A DNA stretch of 64,000 nucleotides from the IMG/VR virus record IMGVR_UViG_2548876968_000003, positions 11,782-75,781 of that record; one strand, 5' to 3'. The DNA comes from a virus. Lineage: Duplodnaviria; Caudoviricetes. Below the pieces are notes generated by a model. That model was not told the origin of the DNA and made no database searches. It was given only the letters and a program-made list of their open reading frames with translations. Positions 37,494 through 46,570 of this stretch are shown one piece after another (positions within the stretch are counted from its first letter, which is position 1; each line of letters begins with the position of its first letter). Both the position numbers and the translations under genes were made by a program.

Positions 37494-38468
37494 TCATATT
37501 GAATGGGAAGAATATTCTAATTTCTTTGAAATACGATACAATCGATCATCGGCCTCCGAACAACTTCTCTCATCCAGATCGATTCCAATAAATTTTCTTC
37601 CATTCTTTAACGAAACTTCTCCCACGGCGCCCTCTCCCATAAACGGATCGAGAACTGTACCACCTTCCGGACACCCGGCCAATACACAGATTTCGAATAG
37701 ACGTTTAGGACCGACGGCAGTATGCCTACCTTTCGAATTCGGGGTAGCTATCTGCCAAACTGACCTCCGTCTTGCAGTGAAATCCTTTGATCGAGCTTTG
37801 TTTTGTAAGATTCGTTTTTTGATTTCGGAAGGGCTTTCCGCTTTGTGATCCGAATAGTTTTTTAAACTCATCCCCTCATACTCTCCGTGTTCGTTGGCAC
37901 CCATTAATTTCAAAATAGCGGGTAGCGCCGTTTCCCCGTGATGAATTCCTCCGAGTGGAACCGCGACTGAGCGAGTATCCATATAATATTTCTCGAGATC
38001 CAAAACAAAAAGGAGAGCGTATTCATGAGATTGAGTAAATCTCCTTTTTACGGATTCAGGTTTACACGAACCTATGTTCCCCTCATCTGTTGAAATCGAT
38101 TTTGCCCATACGATTTCCTGGACAAAGGTATATCCCTCTTCTTCCATCATGTCCACAAATCCGGACGGAATTCGAAGTGCACGGCCATGCTGAAACGAGT
38201 CGCCAATATTGACGAAGATGGTCGCTGAGTTTTTAAGTCTTTTCTTTGCCTCTCGAAAAACCAGTCCAAGGCGGAAAAAATATTCCCAAGGTGCGGCCTC
38301 TCTTCCAATTTCTAAATCAGTTAAAGAATGTCCTTCGGGCAAATATTTTCGTTTCTGAAAGTAAGGCGGGGACGTTACGATACAGTCGATGCTGTTCTCG
38401 TGATCAACTTTCGAAAAAGTCCTTTGTAAAATCCGATCCGATGCTCCGCACGAAATTTTGTAATTCAT
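37494..38468 (-). CDS. DNA methyltransferase, beta class (N4-C / N6-A), 324 aa
   Basis: TSPPY catalytic motif before VLDPFMGEG SAM-binding motif. Confidence 0.9.
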   Translation of the reverse strand: MNYKISCGASDRILQRTFSKVDHENSIDCIVTSPPYFQKRKYLPEGHSLTDLEIGREAAPWEYFFRLGLVFREAKKRLKNSATIFVNIGDSFQHGRALRIPSGFVDMMEEEGYTFVQEIVWAKSISTDEGNIGSCKPESVKRRFTQSHEYALLFVLDLEKYYMDTRSVAVPLGGIHHGETALPAILKLMGANEHGEYEGMSLKNYSDHKAESPSEIKKRILQNKARSKDFTARRRSVWQIATPNSKGRHTAVGPKRLFEICVLAGCPEGGTVLDPFMGEGAVGEVSLKNGRKFIGIDLDERSCSEADDRLYRISKKLEYSSHSI

Positions 38469-39376
38469 TTCATTCTATCCTCACAGAGTATTGCAATGTC
38501 TTCAAACAAGGCCGTGGAACATTCCCACTTTCCGCCTTCTAGTTCAGCGATATAGGATTGAGAGTATCCGAGAGCTTGCGCGAGTTCAAACTGAGTCATC
38601 CGAGCATCTTTTCGTAACTCCCGGATCCTCGAGGCCGTTTCTGAATTCTCAAATTTAAAATTCTTATTAAATGACTTTGACCTGGCCGCGTCCGCCGAAT
38701 CCCGAATTACGTCCTTAAATTTTCCTTTCCATTCATAATTTAGGTTTTTACCGTTCACTTGGAGAAGGAAGTTGCCGTCTGACAAGTCGGATATACTAAC
38801 CCGAAGTCCTCGAATTTTTTTCTTTTCCCAAAGTCCTCGTAATTCTTCAAGTGTGACTTCTTTACTGCTACCCGACCGAATTTTCTTTAAATCGGATTTT
38901 ATAGTGGCAATTGGAATTCCGGTATCGTTTGAGATTATATCTAAACGATTGTTTTTGATTTTGTTCCCTGTGAAAAATTCAGGACAATACACTTGATAGA
39001 TTCGAACTCTTCCTTGATGTCCGAAATGTCTCCTTTTCGTATTCCGAGAAATGATATATCCGATTTCATTTTTGGGTGAAACGATATAACCGGAAATGAA
39101 CGTCCATCCAAGAAGCTTGACTGCGTTGACCCGGTTTTCACCGGAGAGACAAATATAGGTATTATTTTCCTCGATATACCTGACGGAAATCGGCTCTTGC
39201 AAACCGAACATATCGATGTCGATCGATAAATTTCGAATAAAGGCCTCGGATTTTCGTTCAAAGAGTTCTGAGTTCTTTGGATGAAACTGAATCCGGTCCA
39301 GTGGAATTTGTGCGATTGGAGGATTTGCCTCCGATTGCATCGTAAGAATTAAACGGGGTTTGATTTGATCTTGCAC
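38465..39376 (-). CDS. ParB/Srx N-terminal domain + C-terminal XRE HTH (303 aa)
   Basis: HPKN...LQEPI...LSGENRVNA; C-terminal IRELRKDARMTQFELAQALGYSQSYIAELEGG. Confidence 0.85.
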   Translation of the reverse strand: MQDQIKPRLILTMQSEANPPIAQIPLDRIQFHPKNSELFERKSEAFIRNLSIDIDMFGLQEPISVRYIEENNTYICLSGENRVNAVKLLGWTFISGYIVSPKNEIGYIISRNTKRRHFGHQGRVRIYQVYCPEFFTGNKIKNNRLDIISNDTGIPIATIKSDLKKIRSGSSKEVTLEELRGLWEKKKIRGLRVSISDLSDGNFLLQVNGKNLNYEWKGKFKDVIRDSADAARSKSFNKNFKFENSETASRIRELRKDARMTQFELAQALGYSQSYIAELEGGKWECSTALFEDIAILCEDRMK

Positions 39377-39451
39377 ACCCCATGCGTATCTTTATAGCCC
39401 CGAAAGGGTCCATTCTGGATCCTGGAAGAACAAAAAAATTTTAAGGACTGT

Positions 39452-40198
39452 CTATTTTTTTGTTTTTAGTTTCTTCTTCTTTTTTTGATTCTCCAAGTCC
39501 AGTTCCATTGCGTGTTTTAATCCGCCGTATGGACGGAGTTGTTTTGCTAATTTAGCTTTTTCGATTTGCAGTTTTTTTGTTTGCGAATCAATACTTTGAA
39601 CCTGTTTCACAATTTTGTGTATGGTCGAAAGTTTCTTTTTATCAAGATCTTTGAGTTGAATCGGAGTCGGTTCATTTCCCGAAAGGATCGCTTTTGCCGC
39701 TTTTAGGTAACGCTGGTTAGTCCTCTGAGATCTTCCGAAAGTTTTTGTCAAAACTTCAGACAAAGGAGGCCCTAACTTCTTTCTTTCCTCCGGTGAAATA
39801 TTCCCACGAAACTCTTTGAGTATTCTTTCCTTTCCAAATTCTTTGATGATTGCTTTTACCGTATCTTCATCGCTCATCGCAAGACCGGAATTATTGACCG
39901 AATACATTACATACCGGCGAACATCATCCGTAAGGTCCGAAAGAACCATTTTTGCTAAAATCGTCGGATGATTTGCCTTTTTGTTGCCCTTTGATCGACG
40001 GTCTCCGTTTAAGAGCCAATATTTCCCGTTTTTTGTTGGGTGTTTTACGACAATTATGGCTTCTGTAACCCCGTTATTTTTGATATTCTCGTTGAATGCG
40101 TCTTCTTCCTCTTTGGGAACTTCTCGGGATATCAAATTTGGATGTTTTATAAGATCAGATTGTTTAATTTGAAAGGAGTCTGAGTAGTCTATTTTCAT
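39452..40198 (-). CDS. ParB/Srx-like protein (248 aa)
   Basis: HPNL...NIKNNGVTEAIIV...LLNGDRR. Confidence 0.75.
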   Translation of the reverse strand: MKIDYSDSFQIKQSDLIKHPNLISREVPKEEEDAFNENIKNNGVTEAIIVVKHPTKNGKYWLLNGDRRSKGNKKANHPTILAKMVLSDLTDDVRRYVMYSVNNSGLAMSDEDTVKAIIKEFGKERILKEFRGNISPEERKKLGPPLSEVLTKTFGRSQRTNQRYLKAAKAILSGNEPTPIQLKDLDKKKLSTIHKIVKQVQSIDSQTKKLQIEKAKLAKQLRPYGGLKHAMELDLENQKKKKKLKTKK

Positions 40199-40272
40199 AC
40201 GGACTAAATTTCTGGTTCCGGATAAAATTTAGTAAAGTCATTTTTCTTTCCAAAACCTCAGAGTTACAAGAC

Positions 40273-41304
40273 TTAGAAAAGCCTCGGACCGATTCTTTTT
40301 TCCGCCTCATCCGCAAATTTTGGGACGATTTCTATCCCTGTAAATTCGCAACCTAAATCCAAAGCCACGATTCCCGTAGTTCCCGATCCAAAAAATGGAT
40401 CACAAACACGCGGCGGTACGGGGTCGTATGAATGTTCACAAGATGAGACAGACTTTTCTTTGTATTGGCTCCCACAAATTTTGCAAACACCGATTCTACT
40501 CGTTCCAGCTTTGATACAACTTGAGATTAATTCCCGAGGAAAAGTCGCGGTATGTGAGGTTTTGGATGGTGCGGTCGTAACGGTCCAAACCGATCTTTTA
40601 TTCCGGCGCGCCCGATAAACGCGAGCGGACGTCCCCCTTTTGCTGTGAAACACAGTTCTACCTTGATTTGCAATTTCTAAAGCATTGGAGCGAAAACTTT
40701 TGTGACCCGGTATCAAACTTACTGCCGGTTCTGAAATTGCATCCGCATCGAAATAATAACTGGATTCTTTAGTCAGAAGAAATATGTATTCATGTGCTGT
40801 TGTACATCTGTCTTTCACAGGTGAAGGCATTGGATTTGGTTTATTCCAAATAATATCCTGCCTGAGATACCAACCGTCTTCTTGTAAGGCAAATGCGACT
40901 CGCCAAGGTATCCCTATCAAATCTTTTTTCTTAAGTCCCGCAACCCTTGTCGCCAAATTAAATGACGACTGGTTCATCGAACCTTTTTTACTCTGGGTGA
41001 TAGAAGAACTTATTTGATTCGGTCCATTTTCCTTCTTGCTTCCAGAATTATAAGAATCCCCAAGGTTTACCCAGGCCGTACCTTCCGGATGCAAAACTCG
41101 TCTGATTTCTCGAAAGACTTCGACCAGTCGATTCAGATATTCTCCGGGAGCATCTTCCAGTCCGATCTGTCCCGGATGGCCATAGTCACGTAAGCGAAAG
41201 TAAGGAGGCGAGCAAACGACGACATGAAAATAATTCGATGGGAATGTGCGAAGATGTTCTAAAGCATCTCCAATGAAAATTTGGTTTCTTAAATTTTGTT
41301 CCAT
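40273..41304 (-). CDS. DNA methyltransferase, beta class (N4-C / N6-A), 343 aa
   Basis: CSPPY and VCDPFFGSGTT; paralog of 37494..38468. Confidence 0.92.
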   Translation of the reverse strand: MEQNLRNQIFIGDALEHLRTFPSNYFHVVVCSPPYFRLRDYGHPGQIGLEDAPGEYLNRLVEVFREIRRVLHPEGTAWVNLGDSYNSGSKKENGPNQISSSITQSKKGSMNQSSFNLATRVAGLKKKDLIGIPWRVAFALQEDGWYLRQDIIWNKPNPMPSPVKDRCTTAHEYIFLLTKESSYYFDADAISEPAVSLIPGHKSFRSNALEIANQGRTVFHSKRGTSARVYRARRNKRSVWTVTTAPSKTSHTATFPRELISSCIKAGTSRIGVCKICGSQYKEKSVSSCEHSYDPVPPRVCDPFFGSGTTGIVALDLGCEFTGIEIVPKFADEAEKRIGPRLF

Positions 41305-41740
41305 CCTGACTGGACCTTCTTTGGCAAATCAGAATGTAAATTACACTACTTTATCGGAGAAGACTCCCTTAAGGATCAATTACAAGCAAAGGAAGCACAA
41401 GTCTCCGATTCGAGCAAAATCGTTCTTCATCAAGGAAATATGAAATTTGATGATATTGTAACCACAAAGGGGAAGATCGGAAATAAAATCCTTAATCCTG
41501 TCTTTGATATCCGAAAGCTTTGGAGCGTTTGCACTCTTTCATCCGTAATCCCGTGAATCTTTGTTGCCTACTGTGAAATCGGCGTTTCAGGGTTTATGAG
41601 AGAACTAAAAAGATTTGAAATCCAAAATTGTAGGCCCCCAAATCAAATGGATCAATCCGGTTTCGATAGATTTTAACCCATGGGCCCAAGATCCAGAAAG
41701 ATTATACGAAATTCTTCTCTCATTTTGGAAAAATATTTTC

Positions 41741-42004
41741 TTACGCATCGATTAAAATTCCGTTTCGCCAGATTTTTGTTTTACTCGGTCGATTTTTCCG
41801 GTGGATTCCGTATTCGTATCGCTGGACCGAATACTCAACTCCTTCGGGTGCGATTCCTTGAAGTTCAGTAGCCGTCGAGATCGCTTTCTCCATTCCTTCT
41901 GGTCCTTCAAAACACTGCCCTATCGCTCCCCATAGCCGGGGAGTATTGGTAGTTGGCGGCAAGTGTTGGTAAATATGAAACTCTTCCTTTAAAATCCGGT
42001 TCAT
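41741..42004 (-). CDS. Hypothetical protein (87 aa)
   Basis: Coupled to the upstream replication gene (TAATG overlap). Confidence 0.6.
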   Translation of the reverse strand: MNRILKEEFHIYQHLPPTTNTPRLWGAIGQCFEGPEGMEKAISTATELQGIAPEGVEYSVQRYEYGIHRKNRPSKTKIWRNGILIDA

Positions 42005-43404
42005 TACTTCACCAAAGCCAATCTGGCGCCCGTCGGGTATTCATGGCCGCCTCCTGGCCCCCTCTCATCCGATTTTGAAAATTCCTCATTTGAAGGCGGA
42101 GCAAGTAAGGGTAAAACGACACGTGTCGTTTTACTTTCGATTCCGGTTCCAGATTTTTCTAAACAATCCGATTCATCCTCTTTTGCAGCTCCCCGAGTTA
42201 ATTCTTTCCTTATTTCGAATTCTGAATTTCGAAACTTGGGTGGAGCGCATTCCCTAAAGTATTTTTCATAGATAATCTTCTTTCCGTCCACATACGTCGC
42301 TGGATCCCTATTTTGTTTGTAGAAGTTGATCAATGAATTATGAAGATTTCTCTCTGCCCACTGCAAAAAACATTCATGCCTAGTTTTAGGCTCCGGTTTA
42401 TCCGGATCGATAAAACACTCGGAAGGCCTTCGTAGCGGGATGTCTTTTTTATTTGGCGCAGTTTCATTTTTTCTTTTTGGATATCTTTCTTTTGAAACTT
42501 GTCTTCTTTGATCCTGAGGAAATAACCGCGCCCAAAATTTAGAAAGGGTCTCCGGACTCACTGCCTGCTTTGCCCAAAAATTCCCGTCTTCGCTTCTAAG
42601 TTGTATTAGGATTTGAATTTTGAAATGAACCTGGCTCCAATCTCCGTTTGTAGTCTTGTATATCCATTGCAAACTCTTGAGTTCGGAAATCGGCTCCCCC
42701 ATAGACATTCCATGTTCCTGGCTGTACACCCTTTGGAAGGATTCAAGCCAAAGAGCCGGGAAGTTCCAGGGTGTGTGTTTTTCATTTGGACTGTTTACGT
42801 TTTTATGAAGACGTTCTGCCAAGTCCTTCTCTCTAGAAGTATTTGAGTTTTGGTTTTTTAGGATTTGGTCCATTAGTACTTTGTTTTTAGTACTTAGTAA
42901 GGGCTGTTTTACCGAAGCCGGGCTTTCCACTTCTGGGAAAACCGGTGCCGGATCCACCGGGACTGGAAAAACCGTTCCTGGTGATTTCGGTTCCGGCTCT
43001 TCCGGTCTGTCAAATAATCCAGGCCCTAAGTCGGCCTTCGATTTAACCTTTTTGTTACTTTCCTTAGCCGTCAAAACGTACGGTTTCTTGGAAGTCTCAA
43101 AAAAATACCAGGCTTGTGTGATTCTTCCGGTTTGTGGATCCCTTTCACGGCTTAGCTCAGCGTAACCAAAATGCTCAAGCTCCCGGAGTCCGGCGATCGT
43201 ACTTTCTCTTTTGTCCGAAGCATGAGTTTGCAACTCCTCGCTATTTACAGACCAGTCGGGAGGAAGTTGTAAAATAAAGATTAAAAGGCCACGGGCCTTC
43301 CAGCTTAGGCGATGATCTCGAATCCATATATTCGAAGAAATTGTAAAGTCCTGTTTGATTTCTTTAGTATGAAATATCCTTTGTTTTTTTGAAAAGAGAA
43401 TCAT
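42004..43404 (-). CDS. Phage replication initiator / replisome organiser-like protein (466 aa)
   Basis: FT..SN.W.RD.RLSWKARGLL...P.DW......L winged-HTH N-terminus, followed by a Pro-rich linker. Confidence 0.75.
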   Translation of the reverse strand: MILFSKKQRIFHTKEIKQDFTISSNIWIRDHRLSWKARGLLIFILQLPPDWSVNSEELQTHASDKRESTIAGLRELEHFGYAELSRERDPQTGRITQAWYFFETSKKPYVLTAKESNKKVKSKADLGPGLFDRPEEPEPKSPGTVFPVPVDPAPVFPEVESPASVKQPLLSTKNKVLMDQILKNQNSNTSREKDLAERLHKNVNSPNEKHTPWNFPALWLESFQRVYSQEHGMSMGEPISELKSLQWIYKTTNGDWSQVHFKIQILIQLRSEDGNFWAKQAVSPETLSKFWARLFPQDQRRQVSKERYPKRKNETAPNKKDIPLRRPSECFIDPDKPEPKTRHECFLQWAERNLHNSLINFYKQNRDPATYVDGKKIIYEKYFRECAPPKFRNSEFEIRKELTRGAAKEDESDCLEKSGTGIESKTTRVVLPLLAPPSNEEFSKSDERGPGGGHEYPTGARLALVK

Positions 43405-43760
43405 ACACTTGCGCTTTTCTCGTTTCGAAATAAATCGGATACCACTTCAAAACACGAAAACGGAGCTTGGATTCCCAAATCTGTTCTCAAATCCCAGGCA
43501 ACCGAGAGAGCCGCCAATATCTCACGGAACCGCTCCATTGAATCCGTGAAGTAGAAAAGAAATCCTCTATCCCTAAAGATTGCCACCTCCCCTATTTCAA
43601 CCGTAAGTCCCGTAATCCGAGAACTCTTATACGTAGAAGATTCCAGTGGACTTTTCAGGAAACGATACTCAGTGAGGAGTTTTTCAATAGGGGAAGAATC
43701 CGGCAGGGAGATTGCACTCGAAACGGAAAGAGAAGAATTCGGAGAAAGCAAATTTTCCAA
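43401..43760 (-). CDS. Hypothetical protein (119 aa)
   Basis: 4-nt overlap with the replication gene. Confidence 0.5.
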   Translation of the reverse strand: MENLLSPNSSLSVSSAISLPDSSPIEKLLTEYRFLKSPLESSTYKSSRITGLTVEIGEVAIFRDRGFLFYFTDSMERFREILAALSVAWDLRTDLGIQAPFSCFEVVSDLFRNEKSASV

Positions 43761-44126
43761 GAGTTGATTCCTTTATTGAATTTTTCAGCAATTCTATTGA
43801 ATTTTAAAAGAAAATACTCAATCAATGACGATTTTGTTTTCTTTTGTGATGCACGTCAAATAAAATATCACAAAAGCATCGATTTTTCAACACCCGGAAA
43901 AAGACTTTCGTTATGCGATTCAAAATATCCCGGTTAACGTGAGTTCGATGTAAGAATATTTGATTCATTTTTCTGAAAAAAGCCGAACTTGGACTTTGTA
44001 AATCTATTCTTAAAATGCGGGAACTACCGTAAGTCACGATTTTGCGAACAAATTCTAAAATTGTTAGGAATTTCTCTCCTTTAGAATTTAGAAAATTCTT
44101 TCTCATTCTTAACCGCCGAACTCACG

Positions 44127-44234
44127 TTATTTAAGCTTTTCAGGATATTCTGATCGGTTCGTTTTTTGGAAGGATGAACACCCTACCCCGCCAACCAAGA
44201 AAATCCCGCAAAAAACAATCAGTGTAGCTTCCAT
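44127..44234 (-). CDS. Small hydrophobic peptide (35 aa)
   Basis: Own translation MEATLIVFCGIFLVGGVGCSSFQKTNRSEYPEKLK; purine-rich upstream sequence. Confidence 0.35.
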   Translation of the reverse strand: MEATLIVFCGIFLVGGVGCSSFQKTNRSEYPEKLK

Positions 44235-44647
44235 TTCCTTTCCGGGCTACGACCCTCTCTTAAATAACGATCTGCCGGAATTCAAGTGGGAGTCCCCGCA
44301 AAAGCTACCCTTTACCGGTAAATCCAAACGTTTTTTTTAAAGGATTTTTCTTTGTATGAGTGTACCATTTTTAGATTTTGAGACCGGCTCTTAGTATTAT
44401 GTCCCTTAAAAAATATTCAGTTAGTACCTTTTCGATCCCTTGACTCCTGCTAAGCATCCTTTTTGAAAGGAAATACTTTATAACGCCTTCTTAAATATCA
44501 GTTCAAAACCAGTTCCGTAATATTTTGATTCAATTGAAATATATTTAGCTTATAGTTTTTTTGTTTAATTTTAGTTATTTTATTAACTGTTCAAAAGCTT
44601 AAATATTTAGATTTAGCCACCTATTGAAAACTTAATCTTTCATCATA

Positions 44648-44677
44648 TTCAAATGGGAATGCGCATTCCCATTTGAA
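44648..44677. repeat. Perfect 30-bp palindrome upstream of parA (candidate parS/operator)
   Basis: TTCAAATGGGAATGCGCATTCCCATTTGAA equals its reverse complement. Confidence 0.8.
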
Positions 44678-44755
44678 ATGGAAAAATATTCCTAAAATTT
44701 TCCAGTTTTTTATTTTTGCGCTTTCTCAAATTTCTTCGTTTTTTACTCTTTCTAA

Positions 44756-45511
44756 TTGATGAAAATTATACCAATTTGTTCGGGGAAAGGTGGTGTGGGC
44801 AAAACCACAAATACTATATACTTAGGGCAAACCCTATCTCATCTAGGAAACAAAGTTCTGGCCATTGACTTTGATTTCAATCGAAGTCTCAGCAAATTCA
44901 TGTTCTCTCATTTCAAAATAGACGAGCGGGAGGCCATTTACAAAAACTCCTTCAATATGCTTATGGATGCTGAAAGTTACGAAAATTACATTTTCAAAAC
45001 TGGACATGGAATCGACTTTATTCCTGCCGTCGAAAGACTTAAAAAAGTTGATTTAGAATTTTATGACGACCCAAGACTTAAATTCAGATTTGAAAAATTG
45101 CTAAGGAAATTAGACTACGATTTTATCCTATTAGATCTCCATAACGTCGTAAACGTAGTTCTATTAGCTGCCCTTCATAGCGCAGATCACGTAATTTCTC
45201 CCATCGAATATGGAGCATGGAGTTTTGACGGCACAGATGACATGCTAAAAATTTTCAAAGAAACAGAAGCAGCTTTAAAGAAAAAAATCAACTTCACCGT
45301 GGTTCCCTCAAGAATCCCTAAAAATAAAATAGAGGAGCTAATTGAAGTTTGCGAATATAACGGATTAAACGTTAGTAAATTTGCGAATATTAATGACAAC
45401 ACCGTCCATACAGCGTCAAATTTAGGTGAATTTTTAAACCCGAAAAAACACTCTGCATTTAATCGTTTTTTAATTTTAGCTAACGAGGTTTCCAATGGCA
45501 GAAAAAAATAA
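44756..45511 (+). CDS. parA: ParA partition ATPase (251 aa)
   Basis: Deviant Walker A SGKGGVGKTT, IDFDFN, ILLD, HVISP. Confidence 0.93.
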   Translation: MMKIIPICSGKGGVGKTTNTIYLGQTLSHLGNKVLAIDFDFNRSLSKFMFSHFKIDEREAIYKNSFNMLMDAESYENYIFKTGHGIDFIPAVERLKKVDLEFYDDPRLKFRFEKLLRKLDYDFILLDLHNVVNVVLLAALHSADHVISPIEYGAWSFDGTDDMLKIFKETEAALKKKINFTVVPSRIPKNKIEELIEVCEYNGLNVSKFANINDNTVHTASNLGEFLNPKKHSAFNRFLILANEVSNGRKK

Positions 45512-46133
45512 ACTAAGCAGAAGAGAACTAGTTAAAGCATCCTTAAAAAAGAATAAGGATGTAGAACAGTTAACGAACCCTTTAACAAATAATGATGTTA
45601 AGTCAATTGACCCGCAGCTTGAAAAACTTAGAGATTTTTTTAAATCATTGCTTAACGCTCACAGAAGGACCATTTCCGCATCAATTGAATTTGGCGAACA
45701 ATTATATAACACTAAAATTTCCATTGGTCACGGAGGTTTCATTGATTATATCGAAAAAAATAAGGCCTACTTAGGTTTCGATAGACGTGCCGCAAGTAAT
45801 TATTTAAGAATTTATCAATTTCAGCAATTTATCAGCAAAGATGCTAAGACTATTCAGGAAGCGATTAATGATATCAGGATAGCCACAAAAGGATTACCGG
45901 ACCCAGATGTAGAAAAGCGACTTGAAAAAGAAGTAAATCCACTTGAATATAATTATACGAAAGCAAAGAAGCTATATCATTTATTCAAAAAGAAAAGCAA
46001 AGGAAAAAAAGGCCTGAAGAAGCCTGTTGCAGACTACATTAGAAGATTTATTGAAGAGGAAATTGAAAAAGAAAATAATAAACATACTAAAATCATTTCT
46101 AATCTTCAAAATGATTTAAAACTTTTTCTGTAA
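45495..46133 (+). CDS. ParA partner, DUF3102-like DNA-binding protein (ParB-equivalent, 212 aa)
   Basis: IEFGEQL...K..IGHGGFIDYIE...FD.R.ASNYLRIY; overlaps the end of parA. Confidence 0.75.
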   Translation: MAEKNKLSRRELVKASLKKNKDVEQLTNPLTNNDVKSIDPQLEKLRDFFKSLLNAHRRTISASIEFGEQLYNTKISIGHGGFIDYIEKNKAYLGFDRRAASNYLRIYQFQQFISKDAKTIQEAINDIRIATKGLPDPDVEKRLEKEVNPLEYNYTKAKKLYHLFKKKSKGKKGLKKPVADYIRRFIEEEIEKENNKHTKIISNLQNDLKLFL

Positions 46134-46164
46134 TTCAAATGGGAACGCATATTCCCATTTGAAT
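46133..46164. repeat. Second copy of the par palindrome, after the parB-like gene
   Basis: ATTCAAATGGGAA-CGCATA-TTCCCATTTGAAT; same arms as 44648-44677. Confidence 0.8.
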
Positions 46165-46289
46165 CGCAACATTTCAGATCATCCTCCAGTTAAAATTATT
46201 TTTAATATTTTTCCAAAAAAGAGTACCAAAAAAAAGTACATGGTTTATAGTCGTACGTAATCTCCTTACGAGATTCGTTTTCAGAAAGA

Positions 46290-46319
46290 GCCTGCGAAGT
46301 GGTGAGATACTTCGCAGGC
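46290..46319 (+). terminator. 11-bp stem hairpin between par and rep (terminator or copy-control RNA element)
   Basis: GCCTGCGAAGT-GGTGAGAT-ACTTCGCAGGC, with a T-run 9 nt downstream. Confidence 0.5.
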
Positions 46320-46570
46320 ATTCCTACCTTTTTTTACTTAAAGTGACATAATTTTACTTGACTATCGTTTAGTACCATATTCTAGTCCGAATTTGAAATA
46401 GCTTTAGGAGACATAACTAAAGCGCGGCTGATCTCACATTTTGCCGTCTGAAAACGAATCGAGGACCATCCAAAAGGCTCTACGCCTAACTATGCTCCCC
46501 GTTTCTGAATAGAGTAGGGTAATTTAAACTTTTACCATGCTGCGCCCGAATTATGTCCGCATAGGTAAAA

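Noticed and set aside
41353-41358. Further TCCGAT/ATCGGA copies (41353, 27065 region, 61157 region)
   Set aside because: Spacing to the next start is 48 nt or more, or the context is non-late; the hexamer is common in this DNA
41305-41740. Intact gene between the 87-aa ORF and the second MTase
   Set aside because: Only short protein-like fragments in different minus-strand frames; cannot define a reliable CDS
43822-44106. 94-aa ORF as excisionase or Cro-like regulator
   Set aside because: No convincing HTH motif; left uncalled
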